A DNA stretch of 63,867 bases, from contig NC_083422.1 of NCBI RefSeq assembly GCF_020745735.1, positions 39,184,134 through 39,248,000 of the forward strand, written 5' to 3'. The position numbers were made by a program, and so were the translations under genes. The notes below the pieces were generated by a model. It saw only the letters and a program-made list of their open reading frames with translations. It had not been told where the DNA came from and did not search any database. Below are positions 49,000 through 60,872 of the stretch, piece after piece. The first letter of the stretch is position 1. The number at the start of each line of letters is the position of its first letter. Source of the stretch: Hemiscyllium ocellatum. Taxonomy: Eukaryota.

Positions 49000-50150
49000 G
49001 TTATAGAGTCATACAACATGGAAACAGACCCTTCAGTCCATGGTGACCAAGGTCCTAAACTAAATTAGTTCTACTTGCCTGTATTTAGTCCATATCTCTT
49101 TAAACCTTTCCTATTCATGTATCAGTCCAAATTTCTTTTAAATGTTGTAAGTGTACCTGCATCCATCACTTCTTCTGGCAATTCATTCCACATGAGAACC
49201 ACCCTCTGTGTGAAAGAATATTGCCCCTCAGGTTCTTTTTGAATCTTTTCCCTCTCACCTTAAAAATATACTTTCTGGTTTTGAACTCCCCCACCATAGG
49301 GAAAAGGTCTTTGCTATTCACCTTATCTAACCCCCTTATAATTTTATAAATTTTTATAAGGTCACCTCTCAACCTCCCATGCTCCAGTGAAACAAGTCCT
49401 TGTCTATCCAGCCTCTCCCCATAACTCCAATCCCCCATTCCCACCAACATTCCGGTAAATCCTCTCCCCAATTTATTAATATCCTTCCTTTAACACTGTG
49501 ACCAGAGCAGCATACAGTACTCCAAAGGTGGCCTCACCAAACTCAACAAAATGTCCCAACTCCTATACTCAATGGGGCCTGAGTAATGAAGGCAAGTATG
49601 CTCAAATGCCTCTTTAACCACCCTATCTACCTGCAACTCAACTTTCAAAGAACCATGTACCTAGATCTCTCTGTTCAACAACATCACCCAGAGCCCTATC
49701 ATTAACTGTATAAGCTTCTGATGGAATGTAGGTGGCACAGCTGGCAGTTAATTGGAAATGGATTCCACATTCGTAAATATTTTGGCATTTTACATAACCA
49801 CCTGTCTGACTACCTTTATGATTTGGACAAATTGGATGAATGGGCAAATGCTTGGCATGAACCAGAATATGGGTTTTTTAGATTAGATTATTTGTTTTAT
49901 CAAAATGCAACATTCTGCATTTATCCAAATTAAATTCATCCATCCATTTATCCATCAGCCCATTGGCCCAATTGATCAAGATCCATTTTTAATCTTAGAT
50001 AATCTTCTCCACTGTCAACTAAACCACCAATTTTGGTGTCATCTGTAAACTTACTAACCATGCCTCCTAAATTGTCATCCAATCTGTTTATATGAATGGA
50101 AAACAATAGTGGACCCAGCACCGATCCCTGCAGAACACCACTGGCCACAG
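49000..50150 (-). mobile_element. CR1 LINE 3' fragment (RT)
   Basis: GVLQGSVLGPLLF, SKFTDDTKIGG and RLRGDLIKIYKI motifs. Confidence 0.85.
49712..49893 (-). repeat. Inverted copy of 48002-48183 inserted in the CR1 fragment
   Basis: Paired ORFs 47959-48174(-) and 49721-49933(+) share MECRWHS..GNGF..EWANAWHEPE..FFRLDYL. Confidence 0.9.
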
Positions 50151-50475
50151 GGCTAGTTTGGTAATCCAGAGACTCAAGTAATGTTCTGGAGGCTCCGATT
50201 CAAATCCCGCAAGGCAGATGGTGGAATTTCAATTCAATAAAAATCTAGAATTGAGAGTCTAATGATGACCATATTGTTGATAGCTGGCAAAATCCATCTG
50301 GTTCAGTAATGTCCTTTAGGGAAGGAAACTGCCATCGTCATCTGATCTGGCGTACATGTGATTGCAGACCCACAGCAATGTGTTGAGACTTAACTACCCT
50401 CTGGACAATTAGGGATGGACAATTAATGTTGACCTAGCCAGCGATGCCCTCATCCTGTGAATGAATTTTTAAAAA
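50151..50475 (+). mobile_element. Second SINE family (tRNA-like head), shares a segment with 29740-29800
   Basis: TTCAAATCCC B-box-like motif; CAGACCCACAGCAATGTG..ACTACCCTCTG shared with the LINE 5' region; TGAATGAA-A-rich tail. Confidence 0.55.
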
Positions 50476-51629
50476 TTCAAAAGGGAATTGGGCACCTGCT
50501 TAAAATTTAACAAGTTGTACAATGGTCTCGAAGAATTGAGAAATTAAGAAATAAGTTTGGACCCTAAGAACAGAAGAACCAAGAGCAGAATATGCCATTT
50601 TGATACTGCCATACATACTTCAACTGCTGGACAACAATATCCCTATTACTGAAAATGTCCTAAAGAAGGGTAGGAATGAAGGTGCATCATTTTTGATTAA
50701 AAGGTTTTCAGATGGGAAGAGAAGAGGATGGGAAGGAATAAGATGTTGCATTATTGGTTAAAGAATATGATGATATGCTAGAAAGAGGACTGGATGAAGC
50801 CAAATGGGTTGAACTATGAACAAAGCAGGGCTTGGATTGTACACCAAATATTTAGGCTGATACATACGAGCAACTATTTAGGCAAATTGCTAATAAGTGT
50901 AGAAACAAATGTTTAGGATTGGTAGGGAATTTAAATCACCCTAGGATTTATAAATTGGCATAAAATCAGTCCAAAAATGATGGAAACAGATTAAAATGTA
51001 TTTAAAAGGACTTCATAGTCAATGTATATTAAGCCCAAAAGAAGAAGGTACTTATGAATTTAATTTTCACAATCTATCTGGGGAAGTAGAGGGTGTATCA
51101 ATGGGAAAGCATGTTTTAGTAGTGGTTATAATTCTATTCGATTTAGTGTTGTTGTAGAAAATGATAAAGGTAGACCAAGAAAATGAATTGAACATTTTAA
51201 TTTGGCCAGTTTTAGTAGGTTGAGATGTAATTTGACAGAAGTTGATTAGAAACAGCTACACAGTGATAAATCAGCTTCAGAGAAGCAGGAAGCAGTTAGC
51301 AAGCAGATTGAGAGTGCAGAACAAATACCTCACCACCAAGAAATTATTAGAACCTAATAGGACTCCTGGAAAGTTAAAATGCAATCCATCAGAGTCCATA
51401 TGGCTTTATGACCGGTAATTCATATTTGACTAAGTTGTTAGAGATTTTTGTAAAGGTAACAAGCAAGATGGACAAAGGAGATTCTGTAGATGTAAATATC
51501 TGGACGTCCCAAGGCATTTGGTAATGTGCCACATAAAAAATTATAGACAAGAATGAAATCATATGGTATTAGAGCCATTTATTCAATTGGATCGAGATAA
51601 CTTGCTAACCAATAGAAAACAAGTGTCAA

Positions 51630-51966
51630 GGTTGTGGCTCAGTGATTAGCACTGCTGCCTCACAGTACTAGGGACCTGGGTTTAAGTCCAGTCTCAGGCA
51701 ACTGTCTATGTCGAGTTTGCACATTCACCCCGTGTCTGCTTGAGTTTCCATCGGGTGCTCTGGTTTCCTTCCAATATCCAAAGATGTGCAGGATAGGTGG
51801 ATCAGCCATGCTAAATTGCCCATAATGTCCAGGGATATGCAGGCTAGGTGGATTAGCCATGGGAAACTTAGGGTTAAAGGGATGGGGTGGAATGCTCTTT
51901 GGAGGGTCAGTGTGAACTTGATGGGCCAAATAGTCTGCTTCCACACTGTAGGGATTGTATGATTCT
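51630..51966 (+). mobile_element. HE1-like SINE
   Basis: GTGGCTCAGTGATTAGCACTGCTGCCTCACAG head, core and tail. Confidence 0.85.
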
Positions 51967-52970
51967 AAATAGGTATTTTCTGGTCAGCAAGATGTAACCA
52001 GTGGGATATCATAGCAATTGATCTTTAGGTCCAAAATATTTGCAATCTATATTAATAACTTGGATGCAGGGATAGAATGTACTATAGCCAAATTTGCAGA
52101 TGACACTAAAATTAGATGTGAAAATAAGCTTTAATAAAGAAATAAGAAATTCATAAATGGGTATGGATAGGTTACGTGAATGGACCAAAATCTGACAGCT
52201 GGAGTTTAATGTTAATAAGTGTAAGGTTATCCATTTTGATCAGAAGAGTAGGAAGGCAACTAATTATTTAAATGGAAAGAAACTTCAGAACACTTCAGTG
52301 CAGATGGATCTGGGTACCCTTGTACATAAATTGCAGAAAACTAGTGTACAGGTATAGCAGATAATAAGGAAATCAAATTCAATTTCAGCATTTATTGTTA
52401 AATAAACAGTGTATAAAAGTAGGGAAGCATTGCTGCAACTGTACAAGGCATTACTTGTGTGGTCGTTGTGGTCCCCTTACTTAAGGAGGGATGTCGTCAC
52501 ACAGGACGCCGTTCAGAGGAGTTTCACTGTATTGATTCCAGAGGTGAGGATTTGTCTTCTGAAGAGACATTGAACAGTTTCGGCCTATACTCTCGAGATA
52601 AACATAGGGAGATCTAAGTGAGATGTACAAAATGTTAAAGGCAATTGACAAAGTAGATATAGAGAGGATTTTTCCCTCATGTGTGACAACCCAAAACGAG
52701 AGGTCATAGCTTTAGGATAAGATTTAAAACAGAGGTGAGGAAAAATTTATTTTCTCAAAGGGTCATGAATCTGTGGAATTCACTAAATCTAGAGTGTGAT
52801 GGATTCAGGGACATTGAATAGATTTAACAAAGAGATAGTCAGATTTTAGTAATAGGTTGAGGGATTATGGAGAGAGCAGGAAAGTGAAATTGTGACTAAA
52901 ATGGTATCACTCATGATCATAGTGAATAGTAGAATAGTGGAGCAGGTTCATGAAGCTAAATTGCTTATAA

Positions 52971-53176
52971 ATAGAATCCATAGAATCCCTATGGTGTGGA
53001 AACAGGCCCTTCGGCCCAACAAGTCCACGCCAACCCTCCAAAGAGTAATCCATGCAGACCCATTTCCCTTCCCTAATATCCTTTATTTACCTGTAGCTAG
53101 CACATCTAAACTACACATCCCTGAACACTACGAGCAATTTAGCATGGCCAATTCGCCTAACCTGCACATCTTTGGA
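52971..53176 (-). mobile_element. HE1-like SINE, 3' fragment
   Basis: ATAGAATCCCTATGGTGTGGAAACAGGCCCTTCGGCCCAACAAGTCCAC... Confidence 0.8.
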
Positions 53177-53515
53177 TTCGGCTTACTCCTGTTCTTAATG
53201 TTCTTGAATAGGATGGAAGAGGCAAGTCCTGGGAGTCAAGAAGCTTACAACTTCAGGTGAAGGCAAAAAAAGATCAGATGCCAAGCACTCAAATCTGTTG
53301 AAAGCTAAGAGAGGCACCAACAAAGTGCAGGGGTAATATTAGAAAGGAAATTGCAAAAGCCAAGGATTATTTATTTGCAAATAAAGCCAAAGAACCCCAA
53401 ATATTATATATAATTACATTCAAAGCAAACAGATAACTAAAGGGAAACGAGGGCTACTAAGAGGTCAGGAAGGTGGGCTGTGTATCCATGGTGACAGCTC
53501 CTTTGCTGAACTTAT

Positions 53516-53529
53516 CTGTGTGTGTGTGT

Positions 53530-53560
<31 letters not shown>

Positions 53561-53566
53561 GGGGGC
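53516..53566. repeat. (TG)n microsatellite followed by a poly-G run
   Basis: Read directly. Confidence 0.95.
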
Positions 53567-54039
53567 GGTATTTGGGAAGCACTCAGACCAGTCAGTAGGA
53601 GCTGTGAGCTCTTGCCTTTCTGTGTGGTGATTTTAACAATGCTGCTTGACTCACTGAGTATTTCCTGTTTGTTTTTCAGATTTTTAGTGTCTTGATTTAT
53701 TCTTCGCTGGATAGCAGCACCTTGGATATTATTCAACTCATTGAGCTTACATACTTCGAGCTTATTTTTCAAAAGCACATTGACAAACAGAACCTCACCT
53801 GATTGGAATTGTGCTTCAGCATTGCTATCTTGAAACTAATATTTCTTGGATGGCCTTACATCAAGTATAGGTCTGGACAATAATCATTAGAAGTTCTATT
53901 CCATTATTGAGGTGCAGAACAGTTCCTGGTTACCTCGTCCTTCTAATTTGCATATGCTAACTGTCTTAATTAAAGTTTTGCTTGTTAATGATCAACAGTT
54001 CCTAACCGTAAGTTTCTGCAGCTAATAAGCAACAATATA

Positions 54040-54960
54040 ATTATTACACGCAGGAGCCGTGGATTTTTTTTTGGAAAAAAATTCCCGCAAAGCGTCCGTG
54101 TTCACGTCGACAGGTGAAAGCAAAGGGAAAAAAAAACTTGGAAACCACCGCACTGGAATATTTAGCTGGAAAGCCCCGTTCAGACTACGCCTTTAAATAA
54201 GCTGAAGCAGGTCTTGCAGGAGAGTCGTGTGCAGGTGCAAGAGAAACTAGCAGCAGCCAACAACTACTCCCTCAGAACAACTCAGTGCTGGTACGTCTTT
54301 TAGTAAAACATAGGCTGTACACCAACTTATGTTGGATTATTCAATGTGAACGTCGAAGGAATCTGTTCGAACGGCAGGTACTAGTATGGGGAGAGGGAGG
54401 ATTCGAGTTACTAAAAACATTGGAAAACAATGATCTTCCCTGTAATCGTAGGTTTAAAAACATATAAAGTGTTGTCGTTTTCAAAAAAAAACAACGTAAT
54501 TATAGTATGTGTCTTAAGCAGAATCTCCGGGCAGCTATGTTCGCCATTGTATTCGAAACTAATTTCGATGTGTTTTAAAACCGAGCTTTGTGCTAAAAAC
54601 CTCCGGATTTTTTTGTAGCGGATGGTGTTTCAGGTTGGAACAAGTTTACTGGTTTGCTCCACCTGAAACCCTTGGGCTGAGCCATGTGTAACCTGCAGTA
54701 CAACTGTGACCCAGGTCTGAACGGTGCTATTGGGCTGAAGATCCCAGTGCAATCCGCCAGATGTGGTGTAAATCCGGAGTGAGGTGGCGTGGGAGTCTCC
54801 TCCTGCAAGAAACTCGCTGTCCACCCACGCCTGAGACCCTCAGTGAATGACAGTGGCCAAAGCGAGTGTGTCAGCTGGCGAACTGCACTTTAACCAGTGC
54901 AGCTGGAAGGACCCTCTAGGCAAGCCGGCAGTGCGGCGACCCTCAGCAGTACAACTGCAC
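54040..54960 (+). promoter_or_regulatory. CpG-enriched repeat-free region: candidate promoter and non-coding first exon of the PLEKHS1-like gene
   Basis: CpG density visibly above the depleted background; TTTAAATAA at about 54192 then a possible donor CTG|GTACGT at 54290/54291; about 0.9 kb upstream of the ATG exon. Confidence 0.5.
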
Positions 54961-55201
54961 CTGGTAACAACCCAGCTTTCAGCTCCAGCTTCATCGTCCC
55001 AATATGGATCACTGAGATCTTTCATGAATGTGAATAGCTCACTGCTGTTCATTGTAACGTGCTGTTAGTTCAATGCCTTCTAACACTGGACTATTTCGTT
55101 AGCATTCGAATACTTCCTCGGTAATTCTGTTTTCATGTCACTGTTTTCTCTGATGCAGTTTATCTGATAAACTACTTCTTTTCCAGATTATTCCAATCCT
55201 T

Positions 55202-55235
55202 ATGAAGAATTTGAAAATGAGTAAACAAGGCACAG
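55202..55235 (+). CDS. PLEKHS1: PLEKHS1-like first coding exon (MKNLKMSKQGT; exon begins 55187; alternative ATG at 55217)
   Basis: ttttccAG acceptor, CAG|GTATAT phase-1 donor compatible with the next exon. Confidence 0.55.
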
Positions 55236-55859
55236 GTATATGATTTATACTATTAAATGATACGTTGTTAATTGTTATTTGTACACTGCACCCACATGTT
55301 CTCAGGCTGTTTAATTATAGTTGAGTTCAAACTGAAATTCCAAAATGATCAGCATCATGGAGGCTGTTTGTCAGTTTCACTGAAGGATACTTCCTCTTGG
55401 CACTCACTCAAAAACAGAATTGCACTCAGAAGAAATTTGCTCCCTTGGAGTGGACTTCATGGTGTCAAAGTGCACTGTCACTTCCCAACTTCTCTCACAA
55501 ATGAAATTAGATGCTGTCTTTCAAAAAAGTTTCATTAATCACGGCTAAAGATTTAGATAGTAAACTTCTTGATAATTAACTTGCTATTAATTCCAGCCTC
55601 TTAAGGCTATGGAGATGTTACTTGTGAAATGGACTTGGCCTTTAGTAGTGCAAGTTACAAACTTACACTGTGGCCTTAAGAACTTTGCTTCATTATTTTC
55701 AGAAATGCCACATGCTGGGATTCTTTCTCATCCCTTTATTGTGAAAGTCAACGAAGATAAAATTTTTTAAAAGTTTGAGAACTAGGCTCGATACAAAGAT
55801 GTACTGAAAATATTTCTTACTGGTTTTAAAGTTGCCCTCAGTTTTGTCACTGATGTTTT

Positions 55860-56085
55860 TAGCTTGATTAGCTCAGTTGAGTGAAGAGCTGGCTTGTAAA
55901 GCTAGAGCAACACTAGCAACCCAGGTTCATTTCTTGCAGCAGCTGAGGTTACCATGAAGATCTCAACCTCTCATCTTGTCTGAGGCATGGTGACCCTCAG
56001 GTTAAACCACCAGCAGTCATCTCTTTCTAATGGAAAGGCATCCCTATGATCCTCTGGGACTATAGTAGTTTCACTTACCTTTACT
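55860..56085 (+). mobile_element. Old tRNA-derived SINE (third family)
   Basis: TAGCTCAGTTG A-box and GGTTCATTTC B-box-like head, non-tRNA body. Confidence 0.5.
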
Positions 56086-56183
56086 AATGTTTGGTATATG
56101 AAATGTCACTTTTGGCTTTCTGCTGAAATAGAGTGAACTTGTTCCTACTCCTTATGCTTGACTGTGTATATTTTTTAAAATAG

Positions 56184-56308
56184 GCAATCGTTTATCGATG
56201 AAATCTTATGATGAAGAGAACGATGGTGAGAATGTCATCGGGAAGAATGACATTTGTTTTGAAGGATACTTCACAAAATCACCACCAAGCAAGCGGATTG
56301 GAATTCAG
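56184..56308 (+). CDS. PLEKHS1: PLEKHS1-like exon (GNRLSMKSYDEE...DICFEGYFTKSPPSKRIGIQ), PH domain start
   Basis: aatAG acceptor, CAG|GTACGT donor; resembles human PLEKHS1 VCKQDYFIKSPPS as recalled. Confidence 0.8.
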
Positions 56309-56489
56309 GTACGTTCAAGATATTTATTTAAATGGTGCTTTTGGATAAAAGAGAAACCCTTACCCCATTCTTGAAAGCACTGCTGCTGCTATTGAGACCG
56401 CTTTCTCCAAAGCAACAATCAAAGCTAAATTGCAAACTGAGGAACATATCTGTGCCAATTCTTTTGAAGTTTAGCAAGACTTTTGGGCC

Positions 56490-57185
56490 ACACAGTCATA
56501 GTCATACAGCACAGAAAAAAGACCTTTCAGACCAACCAGTCCATGCCAAACATAATCCCAAATTAAACTTGTTCCACCTCCTTGCCCTGGACCCATATCC
56601 CTCCAAACATTTCACATACATTCACTTATCCAAATGTCTTTCAATCACAGTAACTATGCCTGCAGTCACCACTGCTTCCTCCGGAAATTCATTCCACACA
56701 CACATCACTCTGTAAAACAAAATTATCACCTCATGTCTTTTTTAAATCTTTCTTTCTCTCCTTTAAAAATATGCCCCCCTACTGTTCAAACCCCCACCCA
56801 AGGAAAAAGAAAACCTGCCATTATTGTTGTTATCTATACCCCTCATGATTTTATAAACCTCCATAAGGTCACTCCTCAACTGCTATGTTCCAGTGGAGAA
56901 AAAAAAAGTCCCATCCAATCCAGTGTCTCCTTCTAGTTCAAACCCTCCATTTCCAGCAACATCTACATAATTCTCTTCTGAATCCTTTCCAGCTTAATAT
57001 CCATATTATAGAATGTCCAGAATTGGACATAGTACTCTAGAAAGGGCCTCATCAACATCCTGTATAACCTCAACATGACATCCCAACTCCTGTACTCAAA
57101 GTCTGAGCCATGAAAGCAAGCTTGCCAAATGCCTTTTTAATCAACTGTCTACATGTAATGCAAACTTCAAAGAATTCTGTATTTC
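56490..57185 (-). mobile_element. CR1 LINE 3' fragment
   Basis: Homologous to 34783-35222 and 49000-49660. Confidence 0.8.
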
Positions 57186-57879
57186 AAAACAAAGAAAATG
57201 TTTGGCTTTTATGTTATATTTTATATTCACATTAACGAACTTTACTTGAACATTTAGAATGTAGTTCTTTAAATATTTGAAGGGCATGTTCTATTATGAC
57301 AATGGACAGACTGTATTTCTAAAGTATGTATAATGGCTTGGTTTAGTGTATGCAGACTTAAAGAATGAACTTTCCTTTGAAAGAATAACATTTGAGCTAC
57401 AAACACATTACTAAAAGTAATTAATTTGGCTATGACTATGTTACATTCAAATCAGAACAGTACGCTGTAGTACAAGAATGGCACTGCAATTATTTTCAAT
57501 TTATCACAAGTTGACAAAACTAATTTCAGAGCTGTTGTCTTGAATTATGTCCAAGAATTGGTGAAAAATGAAATACTGCTTGTAAACTGCAACCTTACTG
57601 CATTATATATCATTGCAAAAATCTGATTTCAAATCAGAAAAGTGTACCACTAGACAAAATTATGAGCTGACATAAGCTAAATTTACAATATTTTCATTTA
57701 AAATTCATACTATTGCCAACAGTTCAGTAGGAATTAAGCATTCTTCACATATTTATGAACATAGATTTATTAGATACTGTCCCAGTAACATACTGAACGT
57801 GCAATTAAAGTGTACTTAGAGTGAGTTTATTTTAGTAGATGTTTGACATTACTGTGAATAATTTTGTTCTGTTCTTTAG

Positions 57880-58001
57880 ACATCATGGAAAAAAAGATAC
57901 TTTGTGTTGACAGCAAAGGACAATCAGCATACCTTGTATTACTTCAAAAACCAAGAACAGTGCAGAAAATTGCCTCCACATGGAAAAATACATATCGACA
58001 A
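57880..58001 (+). CDS. PLEKHS1: PLEKHS1-like exon (TSWKKRYFVLTAKDNQHTLYYFKNQEQCRKLPPHGKIHID)
   Basis: tcttTAG acceptor, AA|GTAAAT donor; SWKKR(Y/F)F.L PH-domain motif; phase 0 start, phase 2 end. Confidence 0.85.
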
Positions 58002-60399
58002 GTAAATATTTAATTTCTTGATCCATTTCAGACTAAAACCTTCTTATTGCATTGTATAATATTAATAGAGATTTTTTAATATGCTAAGTTCTTTGTGAAT
58101 CAATTTATTTATTATTCCTATTATGTCATATTTGACTATTGAATCCCAATTGGCAGTTTAAACTGTGATTGCCAAAAAGCTTAAATCTTCAAAGAGGTAT
58201 TGATTCAATTTTAGGTAGGAATGGACCCTCTAACAATCCAATATGCTTGACACCTTGCCAACCTATATAAGAAAAATACACTTTAAGAAATGTTATGTTT
58301 GACCATTCCATTAGTAATAGCATTCAAACCATCTTTCCACTTTCAGTTTACATATAGTTTTATTCTTTCCCCTTTTTGCATTTATCTTGCAAAAATCCAA
58401 ATACAGTATTGAAAGCAGGCCAAAGCCAAATTTGAGATGTCTAGATGAAATAAGTTTCTGTCAATTTCATTCCCATAAAATATTAGCAGTTTGCCCTTCT
58501 GTTTTTTTTTCAATAAATGTGAGGTTTTATGAGGTTGTTATGTTTTGGGACAGTTCTTGAACGTAGGATAAATTAAAGGGGTGGGGACTTGGGCATGTGA
58601 CTGGCATCAAATCTATCTGGTTTGACATTTTCTAATCAACCTGTTCAAAGTTGTTAATACAACTACAACACAATACAACAGCCCTAAACCTGCCTGGTTT
58701 GATTTTTATCAAATGGCACAAAATATAATCAAACAGTTAACCATTAAGAATAAGCAGCAGTTTCCAAGAAACAGCATTTTACAGTGGAAAGGGGCAGCAA
58801 TGCCAAACCTCAAAGCTACTTGGTTTGATTGTTAACAGATGAGTTTGGGATACGCAATTTGTTTAAATAGGTTTCAGCTGTTCACACTTTTCAGCAATGG
58901 CAGAAATATCAGTGGATAGACTTCTTTACCTTCAATGTCCCAGGCAAGTGTTAAGAATATAATGTAAATTGTTACACCTTTAAAATGATTATGCAATTCC
59001 AAAATACAGTGAAGTTTGAAATCTAAAAATAGCACTTGTTAGCACTTCTGGATTCAAGGTCCATATGATTCATGTTTTCATGGAGATAGACTTTGAAAGG
59101 GGAAGACTGCATGGATCCAACGTAGGATTGGGTCACAAGGTTATTCTAAAAGGTAACCCCAAATTTTTGAAGACAGATGAATCTGCTAGGATCTCAGTTG
59201 GTCACTGAATGCAAATTTATTTTTCAAATTTATTGGCTATTTGTAGATTCTAACAAATGTAAAGGCTGTTTTTAAAATGTTGAATCCACAGGTTAAGGAA
59301 GGGGTGCTGAGCTTTGAACGAGATTGCACAGTAACTTCAGTTATATTTGTTGCAAGGTTAAATGGCTGTCTTTTGAGGTATTCATTTTGAAAAAACAGCA
59401 TGTCTTTGAGTGTCTTGCTACAGCTAGCTGTAAAGAAAGTGAAATGCAACACTTGAATTAGAATTTCAAAGTGTAAAAGAAAGAGTTTCAAATTGCAAAG
59501 AGAAATGAAAGGCAGAAACATTGAACAGGACAGAGAAAGACTTTGAATAGCTAAACACCAAGTAACGGGCACCCTTGACAAGGGGACAGATTTAATTCCT
59601 GATATCAATTTGCAAAGGAAATTTATCTATTGTCCAAATTCAATGAAGGAGTTAAAATGTATTGTACATTGGCAATTGCCTCAGACAAAGTGTTAGAGTA
59701 GCCATAGGAAATTTGAACAATTCTATTAAAAGTATTTTTTTTGTTCTTTCACATGAGTAGGCCAAAGATTATGGTACAATTAAGATTGCTGTGGTTAATG
59801 TGTATCAGTTAGGTCTAAACATTTACAGGCAAGGAACACACTGTATCAGATCTATGTGCAATTTGCTAGTGAAAAATTTATTTTTGATCAATAGTATGCA
59901 GTAATGAAGCTTGATCAAGATTTTGGAAGCTTTAGGAGAAATAATGTTCATAGAAGAATTTATAAAAGATAACCCTTTCAGAATAAGGTCCCACCTTGCA
60001 GACTATAACATTTCTGAGACAAGCAAGCTCATAGCAAAGCTGGAAAGATGAGTAATCACTAAAAGGATACATGAAACCTTCATTCTCTGTTATATTAAAA
60101 TCACCAAACCAAAACACCACAATTTTTTTTGAACCTCACAATTGTAACAGCTACATTCCAAACAGATCCACTGATCTACTTCATTAATGACCATTCATGT
60201 GTCACTAGGTCAGAAGTGGTGCTGTTAAAGTAAGTTTAAACACTTTGCTCTCCATTCACAACTGCTCTGATAATGAAGGCATCCGTAGCAGCCCAAACAA
60301 GCTGGGGCTGATAAGTGCCAGGTAACATTTTTCTGCAGAAATGTCTAATTCATAAAACTGAATCATCGTATCCCTGCTATGTTTTAATCAGTAGGTCAA

Positions 60400-60476
60400 A
60401 AGTCACACTGCACCAGGTTATAGTCCAACAGGTTTATTAGAAATCACAAATTTTCAGAGCGCTGCTCCTTCATCAG
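60400..60476 (-). mobile_element. Penelope pLTR fragment
   Basis: CACCAGGTTATAGTCCAACAGGTTTATT..TTTCAGAGCGCTGCTCCTTCATCAG, as at 3633-3705. Confidence 0.7.
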
Positions 60477-60740
60477 TAGATCAGAGACTGGCCTCTCTGA
60501 AAATCGTGGCTCACCTCCTCCCCTCTCAAATTGCTTCCATGATTTTCAAGACACAAATTGGGAAAGTGATTGAATACACACTAGTCCTCCAGATGAGTGC
60601 AGCTCCAACTGCAGTCTAGATGTGTACATGATACTTCAGCTTATTGCCATCTTTACTATTTTTAAAATATGAAACTGGATTATTTCAAGTATAACTAGGC
60701 TTCCAGCTAGACTAATATCTGTTTCTCCTTGTTTAAAAAG

Positions 60741-60872
60741 AACAACAGTGTTATGCCATGGTTTGGACGGTCATCCAAAGTGGACTATAATTCAAAAACT
60801 GTTTAAATGTACCTCCGAGTCTGTGGTTTTGCTGAAGACAGAAGAAAGAGATTATTTCCTTATTGGAGAAAT
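60741..60872 (+). CDS. PLEKHS1: PLEKHS1-like exon (TTVLCHGLDGHPKWTIIQKLFKCTSESVVLLKTEERDYFLIGE)
   Basis: AG acceptor, AT|GTAAGC donor, phase 2-2; resembles human VQKMFKC..T.REYFLIG as recalled; the gene continues, later exons not identified. Confidence 0.82.

Larger units (their letters stand above)
50640..53490 (+). mobile_element. Highly degraded CR1 LINE(s) with SINE insertions
   Basis: AKFADDTK at about 52087-52110, KAF..VPH at about 51510, endonuclease-like segments upstream. Confidence 0.65.

Noticed and set aside
47959-49933. Two similar 70-aa ORFs (MECRWHS...) as a duplicated small gene
   Set aside because: They are translations of an inverted duplication made of SINE tail and CR1 debris
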